A stretch of DNA of 24,000 nucleotides from Brevibacillus migulae. Lineage in GTDB: Bacteria; Bacillota; Bacilli; Brevibacillales; Brevibacillaceae. The stretch covers positions 44,213 to 68,212 of the forward strand of contig NZ_SDKD01000010.1 of assembly GCF_004521915.1 (NCBI RefSeq), written 5' to 3'. Both the position numbers and the translations under genes were made by a program. The notes under the pieces were generated by a model. That model was given only the letters and a program-made list of their open reading frames with translations, ran no database searches and was not told the DNA's origin. Below, piece by piece: positions 8,867-16,254 of the stretch. The first letter of the stretch is position 1; the number at the start of each line of letters is the position of its first letter.

Positions 8867-8957
8867 CGTACGGTCGCTCCCTTCTAAATGAAACCACACG
8901 TTCAGTCTGTGATTTCTTGTGCTTAGTATAGAGCTGTGATACTCTCAATAAAAGTGA

Positions 8958-8981
8958 ATTGAATTCATAATAGCATTCAAT
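8958..8981. promoter_or_regulatory. LysR-type operator candidate in the divergent intergenic region
   Basis: Inverted repeat ATTGAAT-N10-ATTCAAT (8958-8964 / 8975-8981) plus a further ATTGAA half-site at 8985-8990. It sits between the MetX-like start (8866) and the lysR-type start (9008). Confidence 0.5.
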
Positions 8982-9007
8982 AATATTGAAAGTATAAGGG
9001 GGATCGT

Positions 9008-9919
9008 ATGATGGAGTTGCGTCAACTGAATACGTTCCGCACGGTTGCATCAACATTAAATTTCACTCGGGCTGCGGAAGTGCTGAACTACGTCCCCTCC
9101 AACGTCACTATGCAAATTAAAGCATTGGAGGATGAGCTTGGTGTTCGTCTCTTTGATCGTTTGGGCAAGCAGCTCGTTCTCACAACTGCGGGTAAACGCT
9201 TTTTAACTCATATCCAAGGCGTTCTTGACAAATTGGACGAAGCTCGCAGCGACGTTCATGACAATGAAAATCTAAGCGGCACCCTAACGATAAGTGCCAA
9301 TGAGGTTATTTGCGCCTATCGACTTCCAGCTGTCTTTCAACGGTTTCGTTCGCAGCATCCGGGAGTTCGTCTGATCTTCCGCTCCGTTCCAAATCAAGAG
9401 CTCAAGCAAACACTCTTTGAGGGAACCGCGGATGTCGTCTATATGTTGGACGAACCTATTCGCTCGAGCGGACTTGCCGTGGAACCGTTGCGGGAAGAAA
9501 CTTTCCGCTTGTTTGCTGCTACAGACCACCCGCTCGCAAAACTACCTGTGCTACAGCTGGAAGATTTTCACGGAGAAGTGTTCCTGACGAATGAAAAGGG
9601 TTGTCCCTATCGTACTATGTTTGACCGGTCATTTGAGAAAGAGGGCATTGATAGCATTACGTATTTAGAGTTTCAAAGTGCCGAAGCCATTAAACAATGT
9701 GCAATTTCGGGAATCGGTATTGCCTTTCTTCCTGAAATTGTAGCGGAAGCCGAAGTTGAACGCGGAGAACTTGTTGCCCTTCCATGGCAAATTCCGGACT
9801 TGCACGTATATACACAGATGTTGTGGCATAAAGACAAGTGGCTTTCACCAATCATGTTATCTTTCATAGAAGCAGCAAGGGAAGTTCTTGCTTTACAGGA
9901 GAAGAATAAAACCGTTTAG
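9008..9919 (+). CDS. LysR-family transcriptional regulator
   Basis: 303 aa. N-terminal wHTH MELRQLNTFRTVASTLNFTRAAEVLNYVPSNVTMQIKALEDELGVRLFDR, followed by a LysR substrate-binding domain. AAGGGGGA SD before the ATG at 9008. Divergent from the hydrolase gene. Confidence 0.9.
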   Translation: MMELRQLNTFRTVASTLNFTRAAEVLNYVPSNVTMQIKALEDELGVRLFDRLGKQLVLTTAGKRFLTHIQGVLDKLDEARSDVHDNENLSGTLTISANEVICAYRLPAVFQRFRSQHPGVRLIFRSVPNQELKQTLFEGTADVVYMLDEPIRSSGLAVEPLREETFRLFAATDHPLAKLPVLQLEDFHGEVFLTNEKGCPYRTMFDRSFEKEGIDSITYLEFQSAEAIKQCAISGIGIAFLPEIVAEAEVERGELVALPWQIPDLHVYTQMLWHKDKWLSPIMLSFIEAAREVLALQEKNKTV

Positions 9920-10137
9920 CCTATGTATAGAAGAATGCTCGAGCTGGCCCCGTTCGCACACCTGGATACGGTCAGCTGCTCCCCATCTTCATCCTCTGTG
10001 TAGCAGCTCTGCTTTCGCGCTGTATGCATGGTAAAGGCGAGTACTTTTCCACCCCCGTCGGAGACGACCATGACATCTTCGGTCAGTAGAGCCAGCATTT
10101 GATCGACGTTACTTTGCTCGAGGGATGTGAAAAGTAC
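9916..10137 (-). pseudogene. Remnant of a SnoaL/NTF2-like domain gene (resembles the SigJ-type sigma factor C-terminal region)
   Basis: The open frame immediately after a TAA reads WVLFTSLEQSNVDQMLALLTEDVMVVSDGGGKVLAF... The LL.EDV...SDGGGK signature is typical of SnoaL-like domains. There is no credible start or SD, no N-terminal part, and the upstream end abuts the hom terminator. Confidence 0.3.
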
Positions 10138-10146
10138 CCATTAATG

Positions 10147-10179
10147 GAGAAAACGGCATCCGTGTAGTATCCGGATGCC
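10147..10179 (-). terminator. Rho-independent terminator after the homoserine dehydrogenase paralog
   Basis: Minus strand: GGCATCCG-gatactaca-CGGATGCC followed by GTTTTCTCC. It lies 60 nt after the stop at 10239. Confidence 0.6.
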
Positions 10180-10238
10180 ATCTTCTTGTCGCAAATTCTC
10201 TGCACAAATGCTGAACATGATAGTTGAACAAAACGCTG

Positions 10239-11255
10239 TTACCTACGGAAAATAGCAATCAGGTCTTTGAGCGCAGCGGCAGCAGCTCCCCTTGGATGGG
10301 AAGCCCCTCCGGAGCAGACGATTGACCCCATTTCTTCTGTCTGAAAATGAACCGCCTTATTCGTGCCTTTCACGCCATACAAAGGATGCTCAGTGCTGAT
10401 CGCTTGCGGTGCTACGGATACCTGGAAGTGACCATCCATCATCGAAGCTCGCGCCAGCAGCTTGATCTGTTCGCCGCTTTCCTTTGCTCGTCGGATTTCA
10501 TCCTGGTGAACGGTTTCAATACCAGTGATCTCTACTTGCTGAAGCGTGTGAGCGGTATCAAACAATGAATTGCTCAACAGGAGAATTTTGCAAGCGCTGT
10601 CCATGCCGCTCACATCCAACACGGGATTGGTTTCGGCAATCCCTTTTTCCTGCGCAAGCTTCAGCGCCTCTCGATAAGACATGTCAGCTTCGTGCATGCT
10701 GGTCAAAATAAAATTGGTCGTGCCATTTAGAATGCCTTCGATGGAAAGGAGCCTCGATCCCGCCAAACTGACGAGCCCGATATCCAGTGCAGGAAGGGCT
10801 GCACCTGTAGCCCCGCTGTATTTGACTTGAACATGATGCCGTTTCGCCGCGCTCATGATCTCGGAAAAGCGAGTCACCAGCGCTCCTTTTGAGATCGACA
10901 CCACATGCATGCCGTTCGATAACGCTTTTTGGATGTACGTGTAGGCAGGACCGCCATCTTGCAGGTCTGTCGGCGTGGATTCAACCAAGACATTCGCATC
11001 AAAAATCGGCTCCCCCAATTTCATTCCATAGCTATGCGCGTAGCGAACCAATCCAGCAGAGCCTTTTTCGCAAGTTACCAGCTCATTGACTCGAATTCCT
11101 TTCGGGTCATACAGACATCCCTGGCTGCCAATGACTCCGACCACCAGCGGCCGAAATCCATAGGTTTGCGAAATGTAATCGCTTTTTTCTGCGATATGCT
11201 GGCAAAATGCTTTCCCTACGGTGCCAAAACCGCTTAACAGTATCCGAATATCCAA
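10239..11255 (-). CDS. Homoserine dehydrogenase family protein lacking the C-terminal ACT domain
   Basis: NAD(P)-binding ILLSGFGTVGKAF, the family core GILNGTTNFILTSM, and AETNPVLDVSGMDSACKILLLSN. It ends right after the catalytic domain at about 340 aa. The GTG at 11264 abuts the SD. The TTG at 11255 lies 8 nt after AGGAG and gives MDIRILLSGFG. Confidence 0.75.
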   Translation of the reverse strand: MDIRILLSGFGTVGKAFCQHIAEKSDYISQTYGFRPLVVGVIGSQGCLYDPKGIRVNELVTCEKGSAGLVRYAHSYGMKLGEPIFDANVLVESTPTDLQDGGPAYTYIQKALSNGMHVVSISKGALVTRFSEIMSAAKRHHVQVKYSGATGAALPALDIGLVSLAGSRLLSIEGILNGTTNFILTSMHEADMSYREALKLAQEKGIAETNPVLDVSGMDSACKILLLSNSLFDTAHTLQQVEITGIETVHQDEIRRAKESGEQIKLLARASMMDGHFQVSVAPQAISTEHPLYGVKGTNKAVHFQTEEMGSIVCSGGASHPRGAAAAALKDLIAIFRR

Positions 11256-11342
11256 ATCTGCCACTCCTAACCTTGCTCTGCTTTCCCATGATTTATCTTA
11301 CCAGATGAACGCGAATGGGAAGAGAAATGATTTTTTTGCAAA

Positions 11343-11372
11343 TGAAAAACAGGGGGCGTGTAGTCCCCCTGT
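11343..11372 (-). terminator. Rho-independent terminator closing the PTS/deglycase operon
   Basis: Minus strand: ACAGGGGG-actacacg-CCCCCTGT followed by TTTTTCATTT. It starts 12 nt after the stop at 11384. Confidence 0.8.
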
Positions 11373-11383
11373 CCGGCCAACCT

Positions 11384-12394
11384 TTAATATTCGAATTGTC
11401 GGTAATACCGACGCGTATTCAGATCATGGCCCGTATACTTTTCATAATACCGGGCTAATCTGTCGACGAGAATGGTCGAGGAAATGGTCGGAGCCAGCAT
11501 CCAGCGGAACTCGTCATCTATCCCTTCCAAGGCGAACTTCTTCGTATCGATCACGACCAGCTTCTCCGTGTATTGCTGGCAGAATTTTTCCACACGCTCA
11601 TCAAGCTTCCGGCGGCTGCCCTCCCCTTTGACCAAGAAAACGGGCACGTCCTTCTCCACCAATTCGAGCGTACCATGGAAAAACTCGGAGGAAGTGACAA
11701 ATTTGGTACGCACCCATTGCATTTCCTCCAAAATGCACATGGAGAACAAGTAGACCTCACCGGCCATTTCTCCCCCGCCGACCCAAATGCTGTATGGCTC
11801 GTTGTGGTATTTTTGCGCAATTTCATCCGCTCTCGGCTCGAATTTCTTTTTCGCATTCAAGAGGTTGGCTGGCAATTTTTCGAGTTGATCGGCAAAGCGC
11901 GGATATGCAGGGAATTGACCCACATTGTGGACAAGCTTGAAAACAAGCATGAATAACTGGATGTACTCAAATTCCACCCCATTCAATGCTTTGTTGGGAA
12001 TCACCCATCTGCTCGCTTTTACCAGAGGGGTATCCGGCTTTCCAACGAGAGACACCACACGGATCCCTTGTTCCTTGCACCAATTGGCGGCAGCCACCGT
12101 TTCCTTGGTATCACCCGATTTGGAGGCCATGATCACGATCGAATCTTTTGTGAGCTGCTTATGACCGGTTACGACAATTTCCCCAGCCTGTTCGAGATAC
12201 ACCGGAATATCCGTCATCTGCTTCAGCATTTCCTGAATCGGCGACATGATGGCGATGGAACCCCCAACCGATATGAAAAACAGGTTGGAGAAGCCTTCTT
12301 TTGTGATCTCGTCAGCAATCTTCTCCGTTTCTTCTCTTGTTTCATAGGTAAGCCGTGCATTTTCGAGATAGACCTTCTCATCAAACTTCAACAT
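11384..12394 (-). CDS. SIS-domain sugar-amine 6-phosphate deglycase (FrlB/GfrE/GfrF-like, GlmS isomerase-domain fold)
   Basis: 336 aa from the ATG at 12394, with AGGAGG 9 nt upstream. It has two SIS repeats. FFISVGGSIAIMSP and VIMASKSGDTKETV are the phosphosugar-binding S-x-S/T loops. It is the last gene of the PTS operon. Confidence 0.75.
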   Translation of the reverse strand: MLKFDEKVYLENARLTYETREETEKIADEITKEGFSNLFFISVGGSIAIMSPIQEMLKQMTDIPVYLEQAGEIVVTGHKQLTKDSIVIMASKSGDTKETVAAANWCKEQGIRVVSLVGKPDTPLVKASRWVIPNKALNGVEFEYIQLFMLVFKLVHNVGQFPAYPRFADQLEKLPANLLNAKKKFEPRADEIAQKYHNEPYSIWVGGGEMAGEVYLFSMCILEEMQWVRTKFVTSSEFFHGTLELVEKDVPVFLVKGEGSRRKLDERVEKFCQQYTEKLVVIDTKKFALEGIDDEFRWMLAPTISSTILVDRLARYYEKYTGHDLNTRRYYRQFEY

Positions 12395-12451
12395 ATATAA
12401 CAGCCTCCTGGTTCCAATATATGAATGCACAAGGTCCCTGTTTTTCTATGA

Positions 12452-13522
12452 TTAGACCTTGCTTTTCAACACCTTGTCGAAATCATCGAAAATCCGAACT
12501 CCCAAATCGATTCCTTTTCCCGTAGCGATTCGGTAGGAAAGGATTTGGAACGGAATGACCATCACCAGCGGACTCATCCATTCATCCATGGCGATATCCA
12601 ATCCAAGCGTCTTGTCATCTGCAGCGGCAGATTGGCTGATCGTAAAGCAGTGCGAAGTGTAGGGCAGCATATATTGCTTCAGGCGCTCGGAGCGTTCTTT
12701 CAAGACACTGTCTGTTTGAATGAAAAAGAGCATATGGGAGTCATCAACTTCCAGATATGGCCCGTGCATATAAGCTTCCAGCTCAAACCCATGTGTCGGC
12801 ACACGAACAGTCTCTGTGAATTTGGTTTCGCATTCCTTCGCGGTACCGACTGTGGGACCATATCCGATCGCGGCGAATCTCTCACCCCCGACCAATTCAG
12901 CAGCATGCTTTGTATAAAACGCCTCGGTCTTCGCGATGATGCCCGGGATCTGTTCGATCAAAGCGGCTAGCTTCGTGATCTCTTGCTTCGCCTCTTCCTC
13001 CCCCAGGTTGCCCAGAGCAATGCCCGCTTTTACCCCCATCAACATGGCGGTCAATACCGTTGCCGTAAAGCCTTTTGTCACAAACCCAACTTTTTCCACT
13101 CCACATTGGATTTCCACGACCTGATCTGCATGCTGTGTAATGGGGCTGTCCAAATTGGCTGTCAAGGCGATGGAAGGCACCTTTCCCTCTTTTTGAACTT
13201 TCTTAATGGCCTCGATCGTCGAAAAACTGTGTCCGCTTTGCGAGATCGCCAGGACCAGATCAACAGAAGGCTTCACTTTTTCATAATGAACAAAGTTAAA
13301 CGGCTCTTGGATTTCTATCGAGATGCCAGCCACCTTTTCCATGTAATACTTCACACTTAACGCTGCATTGGCACTTGAGCCTGTAGCGAGAATCAGCCAC
13401 TGCTTGGGCTTATGCTCAGACATGAATGCTGTAAATGAGCGTAAGAGAGGATCAGCTTGGCTGACTATCGACTTGCACACCTCGTATTCTTCCGCGACAT
13501 AAGTCATCATGGTTTCCTTCAT
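12452..13522 (-). CDS. Second SIS-domain sugar-amine 6-phosphate deglycase paralog (GlmS-isomerase-like)
   Basis: About 356 aa. WLILATGSSANAALSVKYY and VLAISQSGHSFSTIEAI are SIS loops, with a second SIS repeat in FAAIGYGPTVGTAKECETKF. The start is ambiguous (GTG 13531, ATG 13522, ATG 13510). I chose 13522 on SD spacing. Confidence 0.75.
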   Translation of the reverse strand: MKETMMTYVAEEYEVCKSIVSQADPLLRSFTAFMSEHKPKQWLILATGSSANAALSVKYYMEKVAGISIEIQEPFNFVHYEKVKPSVDLVLAISQSGHSFSTIEAIKKVQKEGKVPSIALTANLDSPITQHADQVVEIQCGVEKVGFVTKGFTATVLTAMLMGVKAGIALGNLGEEEAKQEITKLAALIEQIPGIIAKTEAFYTKHAAELVGGERFAAIGYGPTVGTAKECETKFTETVRVPTHGFELEAYMHGPYLEVDDSHMLFFIQTDSVLKERSERLKQYMLPYTSHCFTISQSAAADDKTLGLDIAMDEWMSPLVMVIPFQILSYRIATGKGIDLGVRIFDDFDKVLKSKV

Positions 13523-13575
13523 CCCGATCACACCCTTTCTTGACTATCCATTCCGCACGAAAGCTGTTTCCCTGG

Positions 13576-14430
13576 TTATTCGAACACACCGATCCATGCC
13601 CCTAAAATCCCCACGACGGCAATCCCGACCAGGATCGTCGTCGGTTTGACTTCCCGCTTCAGCAGCCAGTAGATGATTCCGAATGCGCTGAGCGGCAGCA
13701 AGCCTGGCATGATATTGTTCAGCATATCCTGTACCTTGGTTGCTCCTTCCCCGCTGCCGAGTGTAAGCGGTACATTGATCGAGATCATGGAAGCGCTCAT
13801 GCCGCCGATCACCATCAAACCCAAAATTGCGGCGCCCAGCGTCAGATTGCCCATCATCCCATTTTGCTGCAATCGGTACAGGAAGCCCGTCCCAAGCTTG
13901 TAGCCAAACTTCGTAAAGAGATAGCGGAGAAAAATATGCGGCACATTAAAGACGAGCAAAAACAGGATCGGCCCCAGGATATTTCCTTGCAAAGCGAGAG
14001 AGGTCCCGATGCCCGTGGCGATTAAGCGGAGGGTGCCCCAATAAAAGGAATCGCCCAGACCGGCCAGCGGGCCCATCAGCGAAGCTTTCACGTTGTTGAT
14101 CGTAGCTGAATCAAACTCCGGGTCATCCGCATTTTGCTTTTCCATCGCTGTGGATATCCCGAGCATCAGCGTCGCGATATGCGGGGTCGTGTTGAAAAAT
14201 TCCAGATGGCGTTTCAAGGCTGACGACAGATCTTCTTTGCGTTTGTAGAGCTTTTTGAGAATCGGAATCATGGCGTACGTATAGGCTAAATTCATCTGCC
14301 TTTCGTAATTCCAGGAAAATTCCATTTGAAAGGAACGCCAGAAGACTCGATTGAGATCCTTTTGATGAATGGACGTATCCTGTTCGTCTCGGGGTGCTGA
14401 ACCTTGATTAGAAGTCTTCGTCATCGTCAT
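13576..14430 (-). CDS. PTS mannose/fructose/sorbose-family EIID component
   Basis: 284 aa. VFWRSFQMEFSWNYERQMNLAYTYAMIPILKKLY is the hallmark IID N-terminal motif, followed by a membrane-embedded C-terminal half. AAGGAG SD before the ATG at 14430. The start overlaps the EIIC end by 23 nt. Confidence 0.9.
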   Translation of the reverse strand: MTMTKTSNQGSAPRDEQDTSIHQKDLNRVFWRSFQMEFSWNYERQMNLAYTYAMIPILKKLYKRKEDLSSALKRHLEFFNTTPHIATLMLGISTAMEKQNADDPEFDSATINNVKASLMGPLAGLGDSFYWGTLRLIATGIGTSLALQGNILGPILFLLVFNVPHIFLRYLFTKFGYKLGTGFLYRLQQNGMMGNLTLGAAILGLMVIGGMSASMISINVPLTLGSGEGATKVQDMLNNIMPGLLPLSAFGIIYWLLKREVKPTTILVGIAVVGILGAWIGVFE

Positions 14431-15193
14431 GTCTACCCACTCCTTCTGGTCCTGTCGTTGCTTGCGCCTGCTTGGTCTGTAACAAGTTGACCATGATCAC
14501 CGCTACAATGGCACCGAGCAATGCGATTCCCGTAACGGAAACGCCCATATACGCCACGATCAAAAAGCCCAGGAAGAAATATGGCGCTACCTGTTTGTTG
14601 AACAAAAGACGAGCCAGCATCGCAAACCCGAGTGCAGGCAAGATGCCCGTCGCCACTTTCAGCCCTGTTTTGATAAACTCCGGAATGGCATCAAGCAAAC
14701 CTTTGATCGTATCGCTTCCGACGTAGAAGGAAATGGCTACGATCAGTCCGAGCATGAGAGAAAGACCGATACCGCTGATCAGATGCATCGCTTCAATGCC
14801 CCGCGTATTGGCATCTTCCGCATAGCGATCCGCTCGATGAGACAAATAAGGGATAAAGAGGCCAAGGTAAATATTTTTCAGGATCAAGGTCAACGTAGCG
14901 ATGGGCAATCCCAGCAGCAAGGCTGTTTCGGGGCCTGCCCCCGAGGAAATCGCGAAGGCCACACCCAGTACGCCGCCTGTGACGACATCGGGAGGAATGG
15001 CAGCCCCGACTGAAAACGAACCGATGAACGCCAATTCCAGCGTTGCGCCCATGATGACACCTGTCGTGACATCTCCCAGCACCAAGCCGGTCAGCAAACC
15101 GGTAACGATCGGCCTGGATATCAGGCTTGTGCCGAGCGCATATTCGGATTGGGCCACGAATGCAACCAAACCTAACAATAACGCTGTAAGCAT
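14408..15193 (-). CDS. PTS mannose-family EIIC component
   Basis: 261 aa and polytopic. SRPIVTGLLTGLVLGD...GATLELAFIG is typical of Man-family IIC. GGGGGTG SD 6 nt before the ATG at 15193. Confidence 0.9.
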   Translation of the reverse strand: MLTALLLGLVAFVAQSEYALGTSLISRPIVTGLLTGLVLGDVTTGVIMGATLELAFIGSFSVGAAIPPDVVTGGVLGVAFAISSGAGPETALLLGLPIATLTLILKNIYLGLFIPYLSHRADRYAEDANTRGIEAMHLISGIGLSLMLGLIVAISFYVGSDTIKGLLDAIPEFIKTGLKVATGILPALGFAMLARLLFNKQVAPYFFLGFLIVAYMGVSVTGIALLGAIVAVIMVNLLQTKQAQATTGPEGVGRHDDDEDF

Positions 15194-15221
15194 GATTTAC
15201 ACCCCCAAGAAAAGTTGGTCT

Positions 15222-15692
15222 TCACAGCACATCTTTTGCGTATATTTTTTTATCTCCCGGTACGATGCGGATCTCGACTTCGACCCCTTGATCCACCATC
15301 TTTCGAACGAGGACTTCCTCCTTCGGCAGCAGATTGACAGCCTTGGAGATATTCCGCGCTCCTTCTTTCGCCTTGATCCCGCCGAGATTCACCTGCTTGA
15401 TCTCTTTGTATCCGCTTACAAGTTTTTCTGCGTCGGCCACGGATTCCACCACGATGAACAGTTTGTACGAATCGGTTACGCCGCTGTTGAGCGCTTCGAT
15501 CGAGTCCGCAATATTCTTGATGACCAGCTTGACACCTTGTGGTTTGGCCAGCTTGATCGTCGTTTTGCGCAACTCATTCACGGCTACATCGTCATTGGCG
15601 ATCAGTATACAGTCTGCGCCTAGAAACTGCGTCCAGCTAAAGGCAACTTGTCCGTGCAGCAAACGATGATCGACGCGTAGAAGTTTGATCAT
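15222..15692 (-). CDS. PTS mannose-family EIIB component
   Basis: 156 aa from the ATG at 15692, with AGGAAAGGA SD. MIKLLRVDHRLLHGQV carries the phospho-His motif (D-x-R-L-x-H-G-Q-V). The track ORF 15222..15782 would overlap EIIA. Confidence 0.88.
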   Translation of the reverse strand: MIKLLRVDHRLLHGQVAFSWTQFLGADCILIANDDVAVNELRKTTIKLAKPQGVKLVIKNIADSIEALNSGVTDSYKLFIVVESVADAEKLVSGYKEIKQVNLGGIKAKEGARNISKAVNLLPKEEVLVRKMVDQGVEVEIRIVPGDKKIYAKDVL

Positions 15693-15711
15693 GCAAGACA
15701 TCCTTTCCTGG

Positions 15712-16134
15712 TTAAAAATCTTCATCTTCCGCTTTGGTTTTTTGCATGGTGAGGTTGCAATACTGCATGGATGCTTTGGCATTCTTCAGTGCATCTTCAA
15801 TCAGCGCCTCCGTGTTCTCTTGCGTATCGCTCATCGTCACCAAATCGATCAGCAGCGGCAGATTCAATCCCGCAATGAGATGAATGCGAGGGTTCTCTGC
15901 CACCAAGTTCATGAATTCATTATTCACGCTTCCGCCAAACAAGTCGGTAATCACGATCAATTCATGCGGCACCGTTCGTTCCAGCACTTCTTGAATCTGA
16001 CTTTTAAGCTCGACACCTTGTTCCACATACGCACATATCGTGGAAATGTTCGTACGTTTGCCAATGATCAGCTCCAATGCGTGTCGAATCCCCTCTGCAA
16101 AGAAACCGTGTGATGCAAATACAAATTGTCTCAT
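15712..16134 (-). CDS. PTS mannose-family EIIA component
   Basis: 140 aa. MRQFVFASHGFFAEG carries the His phosphorylation site near the N-terminus (S/T-H-G). The DLFGGS motif is present. GGAGGGAG SD upstream of the ATG at 16134. Confidence 0.85.
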   Translation of the reverse strand: MRQFVFASHGFFAEGIRHALELIIGKRTNISTICAYVEQGVELKSQIQEVLERTVPHELIVITDLFGGSVNNEFMNLVAENPRIHLIAGLNLPLLIDLVTMSDTQENTEALIEDALKNAKASMQYCNLTMQKTKAEDEDF

Positions 16135-16167
16135 GAAAAAGGTTCTCCCTCCCTTCCTGGTGGATTG

Positions 16168-16181
16168 TGAAAGCGCTTTTT
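16168..16181. promoter_or_regulatory. cre-like (CcpA) box in the 5' leader of the PTS operon
   Basis: TGAAAGCGCTTTTT matches TGWAANCGNTNWCA at 12 of 14 positions (one perfect half-site, TGAAAGCG). It lies between the -12 element and the EIIA SD. Confidence 0.4.
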
Positions 16182-16202
16182 TCTCTCACACACCTGCTTA
16201 AT

Positions 16203-16218
16203 TGCAAAGAGCGTGCCA
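16203..16218 (-). promoter_or_regulatory. Sigma-54 (SigL) -24/-12 promoter of the PTS/deglycase operon
   Basis: Minus strand: TGGCAC (16213-16218), GCTCT, TTGCA (16203-16207). This is a perfect match to the TGGCAC-N5-TTGCW consensus. It lies 69 nt upstream of the EIIA ATG and directly downstream of a LevR-type activator gene. It is the only such match I found in the window. Confidence 0.88.
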
Positions 16219-16254
16219 AACTAGTGGCGCGCTCTTTTTGTTTCCTCTCACTTT

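Noticed and set aside
14901-15623. 240-aa plus-strand ORF spanning the EIIC and EIIB region
   Set aside because: It is entirely antisense to two strongly supported PTS genes and crosses their intergenic gap. It has no SD, and its composition is low-complexity and Pro/Ser/Thr/Ala-rich, typical of the reverse frame of membrane-protein genes.
16225-16240. Plus-strand TGGCGC-N5-TTTTG, which looks like a second sigma-54 promoter pointing into the activator gene
   Set aside because: It is the mirror image created by the hairpin arm. The -12 element lacks the essential GC (TTTTG instead of TTGCA), so it is unlikely to be functional.
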